From: a bacterium
GTDB lineage: Bacteria > Hydrothermota > Tepidihabitantia > Tepidihabitantales > Tepidihabitantaceae
Length of the DNA stretch: 17,583 nucleotides
Assembly: GCA_046485285.1 (NCBI GenBank)
Contig: JAWOHE010000024.1
Coordinates: 1 to 17,583, forward strand
Direction: 5' to 3'
How positions within the stretch are numbered: the stretch's first letter is position 1; each line of letters opens with the position of its first letter. Under the pieces are notes generated by a model, which made no database searches, was not told the DNA's origin, and saw only the letters and a list, made by a program, of their open reading frames with translations. Below are positions 1 through 8,034 of this stretch, piece by piece. The position numbers and the translations under genes are program-made.

Positions 1-141
1 CGGCGGACCAGCGTGATCCGGGTGTTTCCGAACGAAGCGTCCTGCTTGCGACTGGTTACCGCCCACGCGATGGAGCAGTCGGCCGAGTGGGCCGGTCAGC
101 CCCAGTACCTCGATATGAGTCAGTGCGAAGACGAATCGTGA
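1..141 (+). CDS. IS256-family (Mutator-type) transposase, C-terminal fragment cut by the window edge
   Basis: Frame +1 reads RRTSVIRVFPNEASCLRLVTAHAMEQSAEWAGQPQYLDMSQCEDES*, with TGA at 139-141. RRT-x-V-x-x-x-FPN-x-x-S-x-LRL is the typical IS256 transposase C-terminal motif. Not in the ORF track. Confidence 0.88.
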   Translation, partial: RRTSVIRVFPNEASCLRLVTAHAMEQSAEWAGQPQYLDMSQCEDES

Positions 142-189
142 AGACAGACAGCGGCACGGCTCATTTTGCAGACAATTCGGCACTTGACC
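1..189 (+). mobile_element. Right end of an IS256-family insertion sequence; terminal inverted repeat at about 163-189
   Basis: ATTTTGCAGACAATTCGGCACTTGACC follows the transposase stop and resembles IS256-family right ends (ending CC, i.e. GG on the other strand). The left end and target duplication lie outside the window. Confidence 0.72.
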
Positions 190-267
190 GGGCGGCTTGA
201 CAGGCCGATTGCGAGAGACGATTGACGCCCGGCCAGACTGTTTCACTCCACGCGGTCATGCGGGACG

Positions 268-1341
268 CTACTTGACCGCGGCCAGCGCCCGGCGTAGTAC
301 TTCGGGCTTCGGCAGTTCCTTGCGCACGGCCGGCGGCGCGATCGGCCGGGTCTGGACCGCGGTCGTGTCGCTGTCGGTGCGCTGGGCGTATTCGACGGAA
401 ATCCTCTTGCTGGTCTTGCAGAGGATGATGCCGACCGGGGTTTCGTCGAGCGGCGCGCGCAGGATTGTGTCGATCGCGGCAAGGTAGAAGCCCATCCGGC
501 GGGCGTAGGCCGGCTTGAAGTCCTCGAGCTTGAGCTCGACGACGACGTGGCGCCTGAGGCGGAGGTGGTAGAGCAGGAGGTCGATGAAGAAGTCCTGCCC
601 GCCGACCCGGAGCCGGAACTGCCGGCCGAGCGAGGCGAGCCCGACCCCGAGCCCGAGCAGGAACTCCTCGAGGTGTTCGAGCGGCCCGCGCTCGCGCTCG
701 CGCTCGGCGACTTCCCGGCCGAGGCCGAGCAGGTCGAGGTCGTACGGGTCCCGGAACAACTGCTCGGCCAGCGCGGGTTCCGCCCCGGTCTTCGTCCGAC
801 CGGGGTCGGCCTGGAACATCCCGCGGCGGCTGTAGAGGTCGCTTTCGATCTGGTGGACCAGCACGTCCCGGCTCCAGCCGTTCCTGGCCGCGGACTCCGC
901 GTACCAGAGCCGGACTTCCGGCTCCTTCAGCTTGTCGAGCAGGACGATGTTGTGGTACCAGGTGACTTGCGCGGGCGCGTCCTGGACCGTCGCTTCTTCC
1001 GGCCAGGCCTGGGCAAAGGCCCGCATTGCCTTCAGGTTCCGGCCCGAGAATCCGCGCATTTCCGGGAACGCCTGCCCGAGGTCCCGCGCCAGCCGGTCGA
1101 TTTCCTTCGCGTTCCAGCCCTTGCGCCGCTGGGCCGCGAGGATGCTCCGGCCGACCTGCCAGTAGAGCAGGACGAGCTCGCGGTTGACCGCGAGCCCGGC
1201 CCGGGTCCGGGCGCCCCGGACCTGTTCCTTCACCTCGACCAGCAGGCGCGAGTAGCCGCCCCGCGCCGGTTTCGAGCCCGGCCGCCGGGCCCCGGTCCGG
1301 GCGGTGGAGTCCGGGGATGTCCCGGGGGTCTTCTTCATCAT
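268..1341 (-). CDS. YhcG/DUF1016 family PD-(D/E)XK nuclease-domain protein (about 357 aa)
   Basis: Motifs AVNRELVLLYWQVG, GFSGRNLKAMRAFA, W.H.IVLL, NGWSRDVL, FRDPY.LD.LGL, FFIDLLLYH.RLR..VVVELK and PVGIILC. Start moved to ATG 1341 (or 1338) because the track's TTG at 1377 is part of a TTGACT -35 box. Confidence 0.9.
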   Translation of the reverse strand: MMKKTPGTSPDSTARTGARRPGSKPARGGYSRLLVEVKEQVRGARTRAGLAVNRELVLLYWQVGRSILAAQRRKGWNAKEIDRLARDLGQAFPEMRGFSGRNLKAMRAFAQAWPEEATVQDAPAQVTWYHNIVLLDKLKEPEVRLWYAESAARNGWSRDVLVHQIESDLYSRRGMFQADPGRTKTGAEPALAEQLFRDPYDLDLLGLGREVAERERERGPLEHLEEFLLGLGVGLASLGRQFRLRVGGQDFFIDLLLYHLRLRRHVVVELKLEDFKPAYARRMGFYLAAIDTILRAPLDETPVGIILCKTSKRISVEYAQRTDSDTTAVQTRPIAPPAVRKELPKPEVLRRALAAVK

Positions 1342-1349
1342 CGCTCTCA

Positions 1350-1377
1350 GGTGTAACGAAATCGCCCGCGAAGTCAA
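1350..1377 (-). promoter_or_regulatory. Putative sigma70-type promoter for the DUF1016 gene (weak -10)
   Basis: TTGACT (1377-1372), N16, TACACC (1355-1350), 8 nt, ATG. Confidence 0.4.
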
Positions 1378-1396
1378 GCCGAGCGCCGCGGGCCGG

Positions 1397-4300
1397 CTAG
1401 CGGAGGATGACGAACTTGTCGCGGTGGGAAGCGGTGTAGCTGCCCGAGCCGGCGTCGGTCGACCGGGCGTCGACCTTGTACAGGTACACGCCGTTGGCCG
1501 GCCGGTTGCCGCCGTCGTCCCGGCCGTCCCAGTGGAGCTGGTTGTAGCCGAACCCGCACAGCACCGGTTCGAGCCGGCGGACGAGCCGACCCCTGATGGT
1601 GAACACCTTCACCCCGACGTAGGCCGGCCGGGTGAGCTGGAAGGTGAAGTAGCCGTCGGCGGCGACCGGGTTGGGCGAGACCAGCACCGAGTCGAGTCGG
1701 AGCGGCGCGTCGAGGCTGGAGCTGATGTGGTAGGTGGCGACGAGCCGGTTGCGGAGGTTGTCCGACGCGAAGACGGTCAGCGAGTCGCGCGCCTGCGCCG
1801 GCTTGAAGGGCAGGCTGAACGCGCCCCGGGTCGTCGAGTTGAGGTCGTAGCTGAACCGGCTCGCGAGGCTGACCCGGTCCTGGCTCCCGCCGCCCCGGGC
1901 GATGAGCAGGCCGTAGTCCGGGACCGGGGCGAGCAGGATGCCGGATTCGTCCTCGATCTCGCCGCGCAGGACGAACTCGCCGCCGACCGCGGTCGTCTCG
2001 CCCCGGACGAGTTCGGTCCCGTCCGCGTAGAGCCGGAGCTCCGGCGGCCGCGCGTCCTCGCCCGCCTGCGCCGGCCCGAGTTCGAGGTCGGCCCGGATGC
2101 TGGCGTAGCCGTCTTCGCCGTGCCAGGCGAGGATGCTGACCGCGCCGGTGCCGGGGAGGCGGACGTAACTGCCGTTGGGCACGATTGTCGTGTCCGGGTA
2201 GTCGAGCCGCGGCACCCGGAAGCCGGCCGCGAGCCGGCCGTTCTCGAAGGTACCGAGCGCGCGGTGGAAGACGTAGCCGGGCAGGGTGTACTGGGTCGAG
2301 CCGTAGTCGGAGCGGTAGCTGCGCTGCCAGTCGAGCTCGCGCGCCGCGATGGCGTAGTAGCCGGCCGCGGCCGGGACCGAGTCGGCCGCGAGGTTGAGCC
2401 CGCCCGGGTAGAGCGTGTCCGGCGCGACCTCGACCGGCAGTCCGGCAGCGGGTATCCGGGGCCTTATCGCCGGGTCGCCGAAGAGGTTGTAGATGGTGTA
2501 GGTCAGCCACGCCGTCAGGAACGACGGGCCGAGCGCGGCGCGCGGGCTGGCGAGCATCCCGCTGAAGAACTCGCGGGCGAACCGCTCGTTCGAGCCGGGC
2601 GTCGTCGCCTTGGTCGCCGCGGTCGTCGCGATGCACCCGCCTTCCGGCTTGCGGACGAGTTCTTCAGCGATCGCCTCGTACCGGGTGTCCTCGAACCGGC
2701 CGACCCCGCACGAGCCGAAGAACGCGATCGTCGTGCGCGGCCCGCCGCCGACCGCGCCGACGCCGTCGATGTTGAGCACCCGTTCGTGGGCGAGCTGGAA
2801 CCCGGCGCCATGACCGAAGTAGGCCCAGAACAGCGCGCCCGCGTCGAGCCGCTCGTAGAGGTCGGTGCGGGCGCCGGCCTTGTCGTTGACCCCGGTCAGC
2901 GGGTACTCGGTGAGGTAGAGCTTGACCGGATCGAGCAGGCCCCGCGCGTAGTAGTAGATGTTCTCGCAGCCGGTGATGTGCGAGAAGCCGATCGGGTCCG
3001 GCCGGTCCGGGCTGCCCTCGTACTCGTCGTCGGCGACGAGCAGGAACCGCCGGCTCCAGGGTCCGGGCTCCTGGGTCTCGTAGTTTCGGACCTTCTCGAG
3101 GTACTGGGCGAGCTCGACCGCGCTCCGGGCGGTGACCCGGCCGAGGATCATGTCCGGGCCCGCGCCCTCGCCGTCGAAGTCGGCGTACCAGGCGTCGAAG
3201 GCCTTGGCGGTCTGGCCGTAGACCTCCGGGTCGACGTCGAAGCCGACCTCGTAGGCCGGCACCATCGGCGGGTACTCGCCGCCGAGGCAGTTGCGGTAGT
3301 CGTAGGTGCCGTCGCCGGCGAAGAGCGCGTAGGCCGGCCGCCGGGCGAGGAAGAGCTGTTTTATCGCGCCCGGCTCCTCGACCCCGAAGCCGTAGTCGTC
3401 GTAGATTTCCGAGAGCCGGACCGCGGCCGCCCGCGCGGCCTCGAGCCCGGCGATGTTGCCGTCGCGGTACCGGGCGTAGAGCCGCGCCGCGGGGTGGAAC
3501 TCGTCCGGGCAGACGACGTAGTAGTCCGCCCCGGCCGCCGCGCGCAGGCCGCCCGGTTGACTTCGCTCGATCGACACCGGCGCCCGCAGGTTCGCCGCGA
3601 GCGCGGCGCAGAGCCGGGCCGGACCGGTTGTCGCGAGCTTCGCGCCGCGCCGCCCGCCGCTCGCCGTCGTGCCGGTGAGCCGGCGCGGGCGGAACGGGTC
3701 GGTGACGTCGAGCAGGAACACGTCGCCGGCCGCGCCGTCGATGCCGAATTCGTGACTGCCGGCCGAGTCGAACTCGAACTCGATGAACGGCGCCTGGGTC
3801 GAGAGATCGAGCCGGCGGCGGTAGCTGACCTCGAGCCAGTCGAGGTAGATGGTCGTCTGCGGCTCGCCGTAGAGCTCGAAGGTGAGCGTGTCCGGGCCGG
3901 GCCGGGTCGCCGCCGCGGCCGGGATGACAAGGCTGAAGTCGGCCGGCGGCGGGGTCTTGTCGCGCGGCGTCACGACGACGGTATCGAGCCGCTCGCCGTT
4001 GAGGTGCAGGCGGCAGAGGTAGTAGAGCGTGCGGTCGTCCTTCGGCTTGACGCCCCAGAGCCGGCCGCGGATTGACGCGATGCTGTCCCGGCCGGGCAGG
4101 TCGAGCGGCCGGCGGAAGAGCGCGGTGTCGCGGCCTTCGACCTTGATGTAGCGCTCCCAGAGCCAGAGCAGGCCGGAGCGCGCCGGGCAGAGCCGGTCGG
4201 CCTCGAGCCGGGCGCGCCGGAATGCGGTCGGCCGCGGGTCGGTCGCGCCGCCCGCCCCGACCTCGGCGAAGCGCCGGCCCGCGCCCGCGCCCCAGGTCAG

Positions 4301-5293
4301 CCACCAGGGCCGGTAGCGGGTGAAGTAGTTGGTCTCCCAGTAGCGGTTGCCCGCGCTGTCGGTCCGCCAGGTCGAGGGCGACTCGGCGTAGAACGCGAGG
4401 TAGTCGCCGGCGTCGAACCGGCCGTCGCCTCCGTCGCTGACGTGAACCGGCACCTCGACCATCGTGTCCGGGTAAGGGCCGTTCATCGTCCACTCGCCGA
4501 CCGAGTAGAGCCGGAGCGTCGCCGGGTCGATTGTCGCGAGGCTGAACCCGGCCGCCTCGAGGTCGCTGCCCCGGACCCGGTACACGCCGGTCGTCTCGGT
4601 CCGGACCTTGCACCAGTCCGCCGACCGGTCGAAGAAGTTGGTCGAGTCGGCCGCGGCCGCGCGCGCCTTCCAGTGCCGGGCCTCCGCGCCGTTGAGCAGG
4701 ACCCCCTCGAGCACGGCGTCGAACCGGTCCGGCTCCGCGCTCTTGCGCGGCTCGCGCTCGAACCGCGCCGTCACCGCGAGCCGCCGGTAGCCGAGAACCT
4801 CGCGCCGGGCCGGGTCCCAGCGCACCGGGTTGAGCCGGACCCGGGCCACCCGCACCCCGCGGACGTTGAGAATCTCCTCGACCTCGGCAAGCCTCGCCGG
4901 CCACGGCCCGATCCCGGCGTCGAGCTCGGCCGCCGGCCGGCCGTCGAACGCCGGCGCCGGCCGCACCGCGACGTCGGCCCGCCGCTCCGGCTCGAATCCC
5001 TCGGCCGTCACCTTCACCCCGCCTTCCTGGGGCAGGCCGATGAACACGACCCGGCCCGGCAGGTCCGGCTCGCCCGGCGCGGCCTGCGGGTCCGCGCCCC
5101 GGGCCCGGACCGCCGCGCCCGCCGGGCCGTCCTCGAATTCGAGCGGCCCGGTCTCGAGCTCGAACTCGACCGCGCGCGGCCCGGACGCGACCAGCCGCAC
5201 GCCGGGCGCCGCGCCGGCCGTCGCGGTCAGGAGGGTAAGAAGGGCGAGCGCGGCCGCACCGCGCGCCAGCCGGCCCGGCCGGGGAAACGCCAT
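1397..5293 (-). CDS. C25 (gingipain-family) cysteine peptidase, PorU/T9SS-sortase-like, with signal peptide, propeptide and C-terminal FlgD/T9SS-type Ig domain (1298 aa)
   Basis: Signal peptide; GEPDLP propeptide motif; EIYDDYGFG, LFAGDGTYDYR and DMILGRV; catalytic His in YFGHG and Cys in FGSCGVGRF; YNLFGDPA; C-terminus SPNP...KVFTIRGRLVR...WDGRDDGGNRPANGVYLYKV. Confidence 0.9.
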   Translation of the reverse strand: MAFPRPGRLARGAAALALLTLLTATAGAAPGVRLVASGPRAVEFELETGPLEFEDGPAGAAVRARGADPQAAPGEPDLPGRVVFIGLPQEGGVKVTAEGFEPERRADVAVRPAPAFDGRPAAELDAGIGPWPARLAEVEEILNVRGVRVARVRLNPVRWDPARREVLGYRRLAVTARFEREPRKSAEPDRFDAVLEGVLLNGAEARHWKARAAAADSTNFFDRSADWCKVRTETTGVYRVRGSDLEAAGFSLATIDPATLRLYSVGEWTMNGPYPDTMVEVPVHVSDGGDGRFDAGDYLAFYAESPSTWRTDSAGNRYWETNYFTRYRPWWLTWGAGAGRRFAEVGAGGATDPRPTAFRRARLEADRLCPARSGLLWLWERYIKVEGRDTALFRRPLDLPGRDSIASIRGRLWGVKPKDDRTLYYLCRLHLNGERLDTVVVTPRDKTPPPADFSLVIPAAAATRPGPDTLTFELYGEPQTTIYLDWLEVSYRRRLDLSTQAPFIEFEFDSAGSHEFGIDGAAGDVFLLDVTDPFRPRRLTGTTASGGRRGAKLATTGPARLCAALAANLRAPVSIERSQPGGLRAAAGADYYVVCPDEFHPAARLYARYRDGNIAGLEAARAAAVRLSEIYDDYGFGVEEPGAIKQLFLARRPAYALFAGDGTYDYRNCLGGEYPPMVPAYEVGFDVDPEVYGQTAKAFDAWYADFDGEGAGPDMILGRVTARSAVELAQYLEKVRNYETQEPGPWSRRFLLVADDEYEGSPDRPDPIGFSHITGCENIYYYARGLLDPVKLYLTEYPLTGVNDKAGARTDLYERLDAGALFWAYFGHGAGFQLAHERVLNIDGVGAVGGGPRTTIAFFGSCGVGRFEDTRYEAIAEELVRKPEGGCIATTAATKATTPGSNERFAREFFSGMLASPRAALGPSFLTAWLTYTIYNLFGDPAIRPRIPAAGLPVEVAPDTLYPGGLNLAADSVPAAAGYYAIAARELDWQRSYRSDYGSTQYTLPGYVFHRALGTFENGRLAAGFRVPRLDYPDTTIVPNGSYVRLPGTGAVSILAWHGEDGYASIRADLELGPAQAGEDARPPELRLYADGTELVRGETTAVGGEFVLRGEIEDESGILLAPVPDYGLLIARGGGSQDRVSLASRFSYDLNSTTRGAFSLPFKPAQARDSLTVFASDNLRNRLVATYHISSSLDAPLRLDSVLVSPNPVAADGYFTFQLTRPAYVGVKVFTIRGRLVRRLEPVLCGFGYNQLHWDGRDDGGNRPANGVYLYKVDARSTDAGSGSYTASHRDKFVILR

Positions 5294-5299
5294 CAGGCT

Positions 5300-5327
5300 A
5301 TCTTAGGATGCCGACCACGACTGTCAA
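5300..5327 (-). promoter_or_regulatory. sigma70-type promoter, leaderless configuration
   Basis: TTGACA (5327-5322), N16, TAAGAT (5305-5300), 6 nt, ATG 5293; no SD. Confidence 0.75.
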
Positions 5328-5342
5328 ACCGCCGCGCGGCCG

Positions 5343-6512
5343 TCACCGGTGGAGCAGGAGCCCGGTCAGCGCCCCGCCCAGGACCAGCCAGATCGGCTCG
5401 AGTCGGAACCTGAGGAGCAGGGCCAGGCTCAGGAGCCCGACCAGCGCCGACGCCGGGCCGTGGAGGGCGGCCCGGCCGAGGAAGATGGTGGCGGTCAGGA
5501 GCATCCCGGTCACCGCCGGCATCACGCCGGACAGGAACCCCTTGACCAGCGGGTGATGTTCGATGCGCCGATGAACGTGTATGAGCCCGGATAGCATCAG
5601 GTAGGACGGCAGGAAGACCGCGACCGTTGCCAGGAGCGCCCCGGCCAGCCCCAGCACCCGGAAGCCGATGAAGGTCGCGGTTATCGCCACCGGGCCGGGC
5701 GTCATCTGGCCGAGCGCGACGCCGTCGAGGAACTCGGTCGCGGTCAGCCAGCCCCGGACGTCGACGACCTCGTGCTGGATGAACGGTATCGCCGCGAAGC
5801 CGCCGCCGAAGACCACCGCCCCGACCTTGAGGAAGACCAGTACCAGCTCGACCGCCCGCGCCCACGGCCCGGGCCCGGTCGCCACCGCCGGCACCAGCCA
5901 GGGCAGGAACGCCGGCGCCGGCGCGACCCGCCGCCACGCGCCCGAGAAGATGATGCCGAGCGCGCCGCACCCGAGCACGACCCAGAGCACGTCGACCTTG
6001 AACCAGAGCGCGACGAACGCCGCCGCCGCGATCAGCCCGGCGCGCAGGGTCCGGACCTGCGCCCGGCCGATGCGCCAGGTCGCCCACGCCAGGATGCCGG
6101 CGACGACCGGCTGGACGCCCGCGAACAGCCGCGCCGCCAGCGGCACCGAACCGTAGCGGCCGTACAGCCACGACAGCACGCACATCAGCACGAACGACGG
6201 CAAGAGCAGGGCGGCAACCGCCACCGCCATCCCGCGCTTCCCACGCAATTCGTGGCCGATGTAGTTCGTGTAGTTGGAGATGAACGGCCCGGGCAGGACC
6301 TGGCCCAGCGCCACCGCCACCCCGAGTTGGCCGTCGTCGATCCAGCGCCGCCGGCAGACGATTTCCTCGCGCAGCAGCGCCAGCATCCCGACCCCGCCCC
6401 CGAACCCGACCGTGCCGATTTTCAGGAAGGCAAGCGCGAGCTCGCGGAGCGGCACGCGCGGCCGCGGATGCTCCGGGGCGACGTCCGGGCCGGGCTCGAG
6501 CGACTGGTTCAC
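5343..6512 (-). CDS. chrA: Chromate efflux transporter, CHR family, long two-domain form (389 aa)
   Basis: Two homologous halves: FLKIGTVGFGGG...GQVLPGP and FLKVGAVVFGGG...GQMTPGP, each with an LLPS/FLPS motif; many transmembrane segments. Confidence 0.93.
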   Translation of the reverse strand: MNQSLEPGPDVAPEHPRPRVPLRELALAFLKIGTVGFGGGVGMLALLREEIVCRRRWIDDGQLGVAVALGQVLPGPFISNYTNYIGHELRGKRGMAVAVAALLLPSFVLMCVLSWLYGRYGSVPLAARLFAGVQPVVAGILAWATWRIGRAQVRTLRAGLIAAAAFVALWFKVDVLWVVLGCGALGIIFSGAWRRVAPAPAFLPWLVPAVATGPGPWARAVELVLVFLKVGAVVFGGGFAAIPFIQHEVVDVRGWLTATEFLDGVALGQMTPGPVAITATFIGFRVLGLAGALLATVAVFLPSYLMLSGLIHVHRRIEHHPLVKGFLSGVMPAVTGMLLTATIFLGRAALHGPASALVGLLSLALLLRFRLEPIWLVLGGALTGLLLHR

Positions 6513-6518
6513 CGCGTG

Positions 6519-6546
6519 ATTCTATGTCGGCCCCGACCGGCATCAA
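6519..6546 (-). promoter_or_regulatory. sigma70-type promoter for chrA, leaderless configuration
   Basis: TTGATG (6546-6541), N16, TAGAAT (6524-6519), 6 nt, GTG 6512. Confidence 0.65.
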
Positions 6547-6561
6547 GCCGCGGGCCGGGAC

Positions 6562-6589
6562 TTGACCGCGGGCGCGGGGATTCTATATT
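6562..6589 (+). promoter_or_regulatory. Divergent sigma70-type promoter for the acidic protein
   Basis: TTGACC (6562-6567), N16, TATATT (6584-6589), 8 nt, ATG 6598. Confidence 0.65.
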
Positions 6590-6597
6590 TGCGCGAG

Positions 6598-6954
6598 ATG
6601 ACACGCAGCAGACCTGACTTCGGCTTCACCAAGCGCGACGTCCTCCAGTGGCTCGCCGGCCAGGAGGAAGAGAAAATCCGGACGGTGCTGATGTCGATCG
6701 GCCGCGACCCCGATGTCGAGGCGCTCGAGCTCCACGGCGACCCCCTCGAACTGGTCAACCAGCTCGAGGGCAGCCGGCCGAGCCTCGAGAGTCTCGTCGC
6801 CGCGATTGACGACGCTCTCGGCATCGACGAGGAGGCGCTCGGCCAACTGGTCCGGGGCGAGTGCGAGGAGCTTTTCGAGGTCGAGCCCGAGGAACTCGAA
6901 GTCGAGCTCGACGACGACGAGCTGGACCTCGGCGGCGACGAAGACGAAGCCTAG
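6598..6954 (+). CDS. Hypothetical highly acidic protein (118 aa)
   Basis: Protein-like composition with G/C-ending codons; about 30% D/E by hand count; tail EEL FEVEPEELEVELDDDELDLGGDEDEA. The track's TTG 6562 start is the -35 box. Confidence 0.8.
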   Translation: MTRSRPDFGFTKRDVLQWLAGQEEEKIRTVLMSIGRDPDVEALELHGDPLELVNQLEGSRPSLESLVAAIDDALGIDEEALGQLVRGECEELFEVEPEELEVELDDDELDLGGDEDEA

Positions 6955-7460
6955 CCGCCGGCCGACTTCTGCCGCCGGCGCAGGAGCGCGAGCCAGCGCT
7001 CGGCCCGCGCCCGGTCCCGGATGAGCGTCCCGCCCGGCGCGAGCCGCTCGAGCTCGGCCGGGTGATTCCGCCGCATCCAGCCCGCGAGCAGTTGCCACGC
7101 CCGGCCGAATGTCTCCGCGTCGGCGCGGTCGGGCGCCGTCCGCACCGACACCAGCAGCCCGTCGCGGGCGTCGGCCGCGACCGTGTCGTGGCGTAGTTCG
7201 TGAAGGCCGACCAGCCGCAGCCACTCGCCGGTCTCGCGGACGCGGGTCCCGGCCGCGACGTCGAACCTCGTCCCGGCCGCGACGTGCCACTCGCCGAGCG
7301 CGGCGAGCCCGGCCCGGCCCCGACAGTCGAGGATGCCGGCGACCTCGAACCGGCCGTCATCATCCCAGAGCCGGAGCGCGCCGGCCGCGTCGCCGGCGCT
7401 GACCAGCCGGAACCAGCGCTCCGCGAGCGCGGCCGCGTCCCGGCCGGCCTCAGGCGTCGT
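6951..7460 (-). CDS. Probable SnoaL/NTF2-like fold protein (about 169 aa) lacking a canonical start codon (ACG start or start-loss pseudogene)
   Basis: The frame of track ORF 6951..7151 stays open upstream: TTPEAGRDAAALAERWFRLVSAGDAAGALRLWDDDGRFEVAGILDCRGRAGLAALGEW..., a SnoaL-like N-terminus. GGAGG lies 5 nt before ACG 7460. Confidence 0.62.
   Translation of the reverse strand, partial: TTPEAGRDAAALAERWFRLVSAGDAAGALRLWDDDGRFEVAGILDCRGRAGLAALGEWHVAAGTRFDVAAGTRVRETGEWLRLVGLHELRHDTVAADARDGLLVSVRTAPDRADAETFGRAWQLLAGWMRRNHPAELERLAPGGTLIRDRARAERWLALLRRRQKSAGG
7246..7285. repeat. 16-bp direct repeat with 24-bp period (in-frame micro-duplication)
   Basis: GTCCCGGCCGCGACGT at 7246-7261 and 7270-7285; encodes VAAGTR twice on the minus strand. 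Confidence 0.85.
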
Positions 7461-7995
7461 CGCGCCCTCCCGGCCCGGGCAGGCGGCGCGGGGCGGCCGG
7501 CAGCTGCATCAGCCGCCGGACCGCGTCGAACAGCGCCGCGATGCTCGCGTCCTGCTTCACCACCCGCCGCTCGAGCTCGCCCAGCCGCCGGGCCAGCTCG
7601 CGCTGGGTCACCAGCAGCCGCCGCATCCGCACGAACGCCCGGACGACGAAGACGCTCGCCTCGACCGCGCGCGGCGACGACAGCACCGAGGCGGCCATCA
7701 GCGCGCCGTGCTCGGTGAACGCCCAGGGCGGCGAGCGCCGGCCGCCCCGGCCGCCGGCGGTCCCGGATTGTGCCTGCAGGGCCGCGAACTCCCCGGCGTC
7801 GAGCTGGAACAGGAAGTCGTCCGGGAATCGCTCGCGGTTGCGCTTGACCGCTTGGACCAGCGCCCGGGTCTCGACCCCGTAGAGCGCGGCGAGGTCGGAG
7901 TCGAAGACAACGTGCTGGTTGCGGATGAAGCGGATCGCGCTCTCCGCCGCCCGCGCCGGGACCGTCTGCCTGTGCTTTGCCGCGTCAGGCCTCAT
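7450..7995 (-). CDS. ORF6N (KilA-N-like) domain DNA-binding protein (181 aa)
   Basis: IRNQHVVFDSDLAALYGVETRALVQAVKRNRERFPDDFLFQL, GGRR.PPWAFTEHGALMAASVLSS and VVRAFVRMR, then a coiled coil. ATG 7995 is preceded by GGAGG. Confidence 0.92.
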   Translation of the reverse strand: MRPDAAKHRQTVPARAAESAIRFIRNQHVVFDSDLAALYGVETRALVQAVKRNRERFPDDFLFQLDAGEFAALQAQSGTAGGRGGRRSPPWAFTEHGALMAASVLSSPRAVEASVFVVRAFVRMRRLLVTQRELARRLGELERRVVKQDASIAALFDAVRRLMQLPAAPRRLPGPGGRDDA

Positions 7996-8034
7996 TTCGC
8001 CCTCCCTTCTCCCTTCACTCGCCGCCACTTCGTC

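Noticed and set aside
1304..5413. Long alternative-frame ORFs (1304..4075 +, 2664..4904 -, 1374..2636 -, 4442..5413 +)
   Set aside because: Shadow ORFs of the C25 protease caused by high GC3 and scarce stop codons; Arg/Gly/Pro-rich or antisense-type composition with no motifs.
6526..6537. Inverted repeat GTCGG-CC-CCGAC in the chrA promoter spacer as an operator
   Set aside because: 5-bp GC-rich arms are expected by chance at this GC content, and no regulator is adjacent.
5293..6617. ORFs 5293..6546 - and 5772..6617 +
   Set aside because: Overlap chrA in other frames; low-complexity translations.
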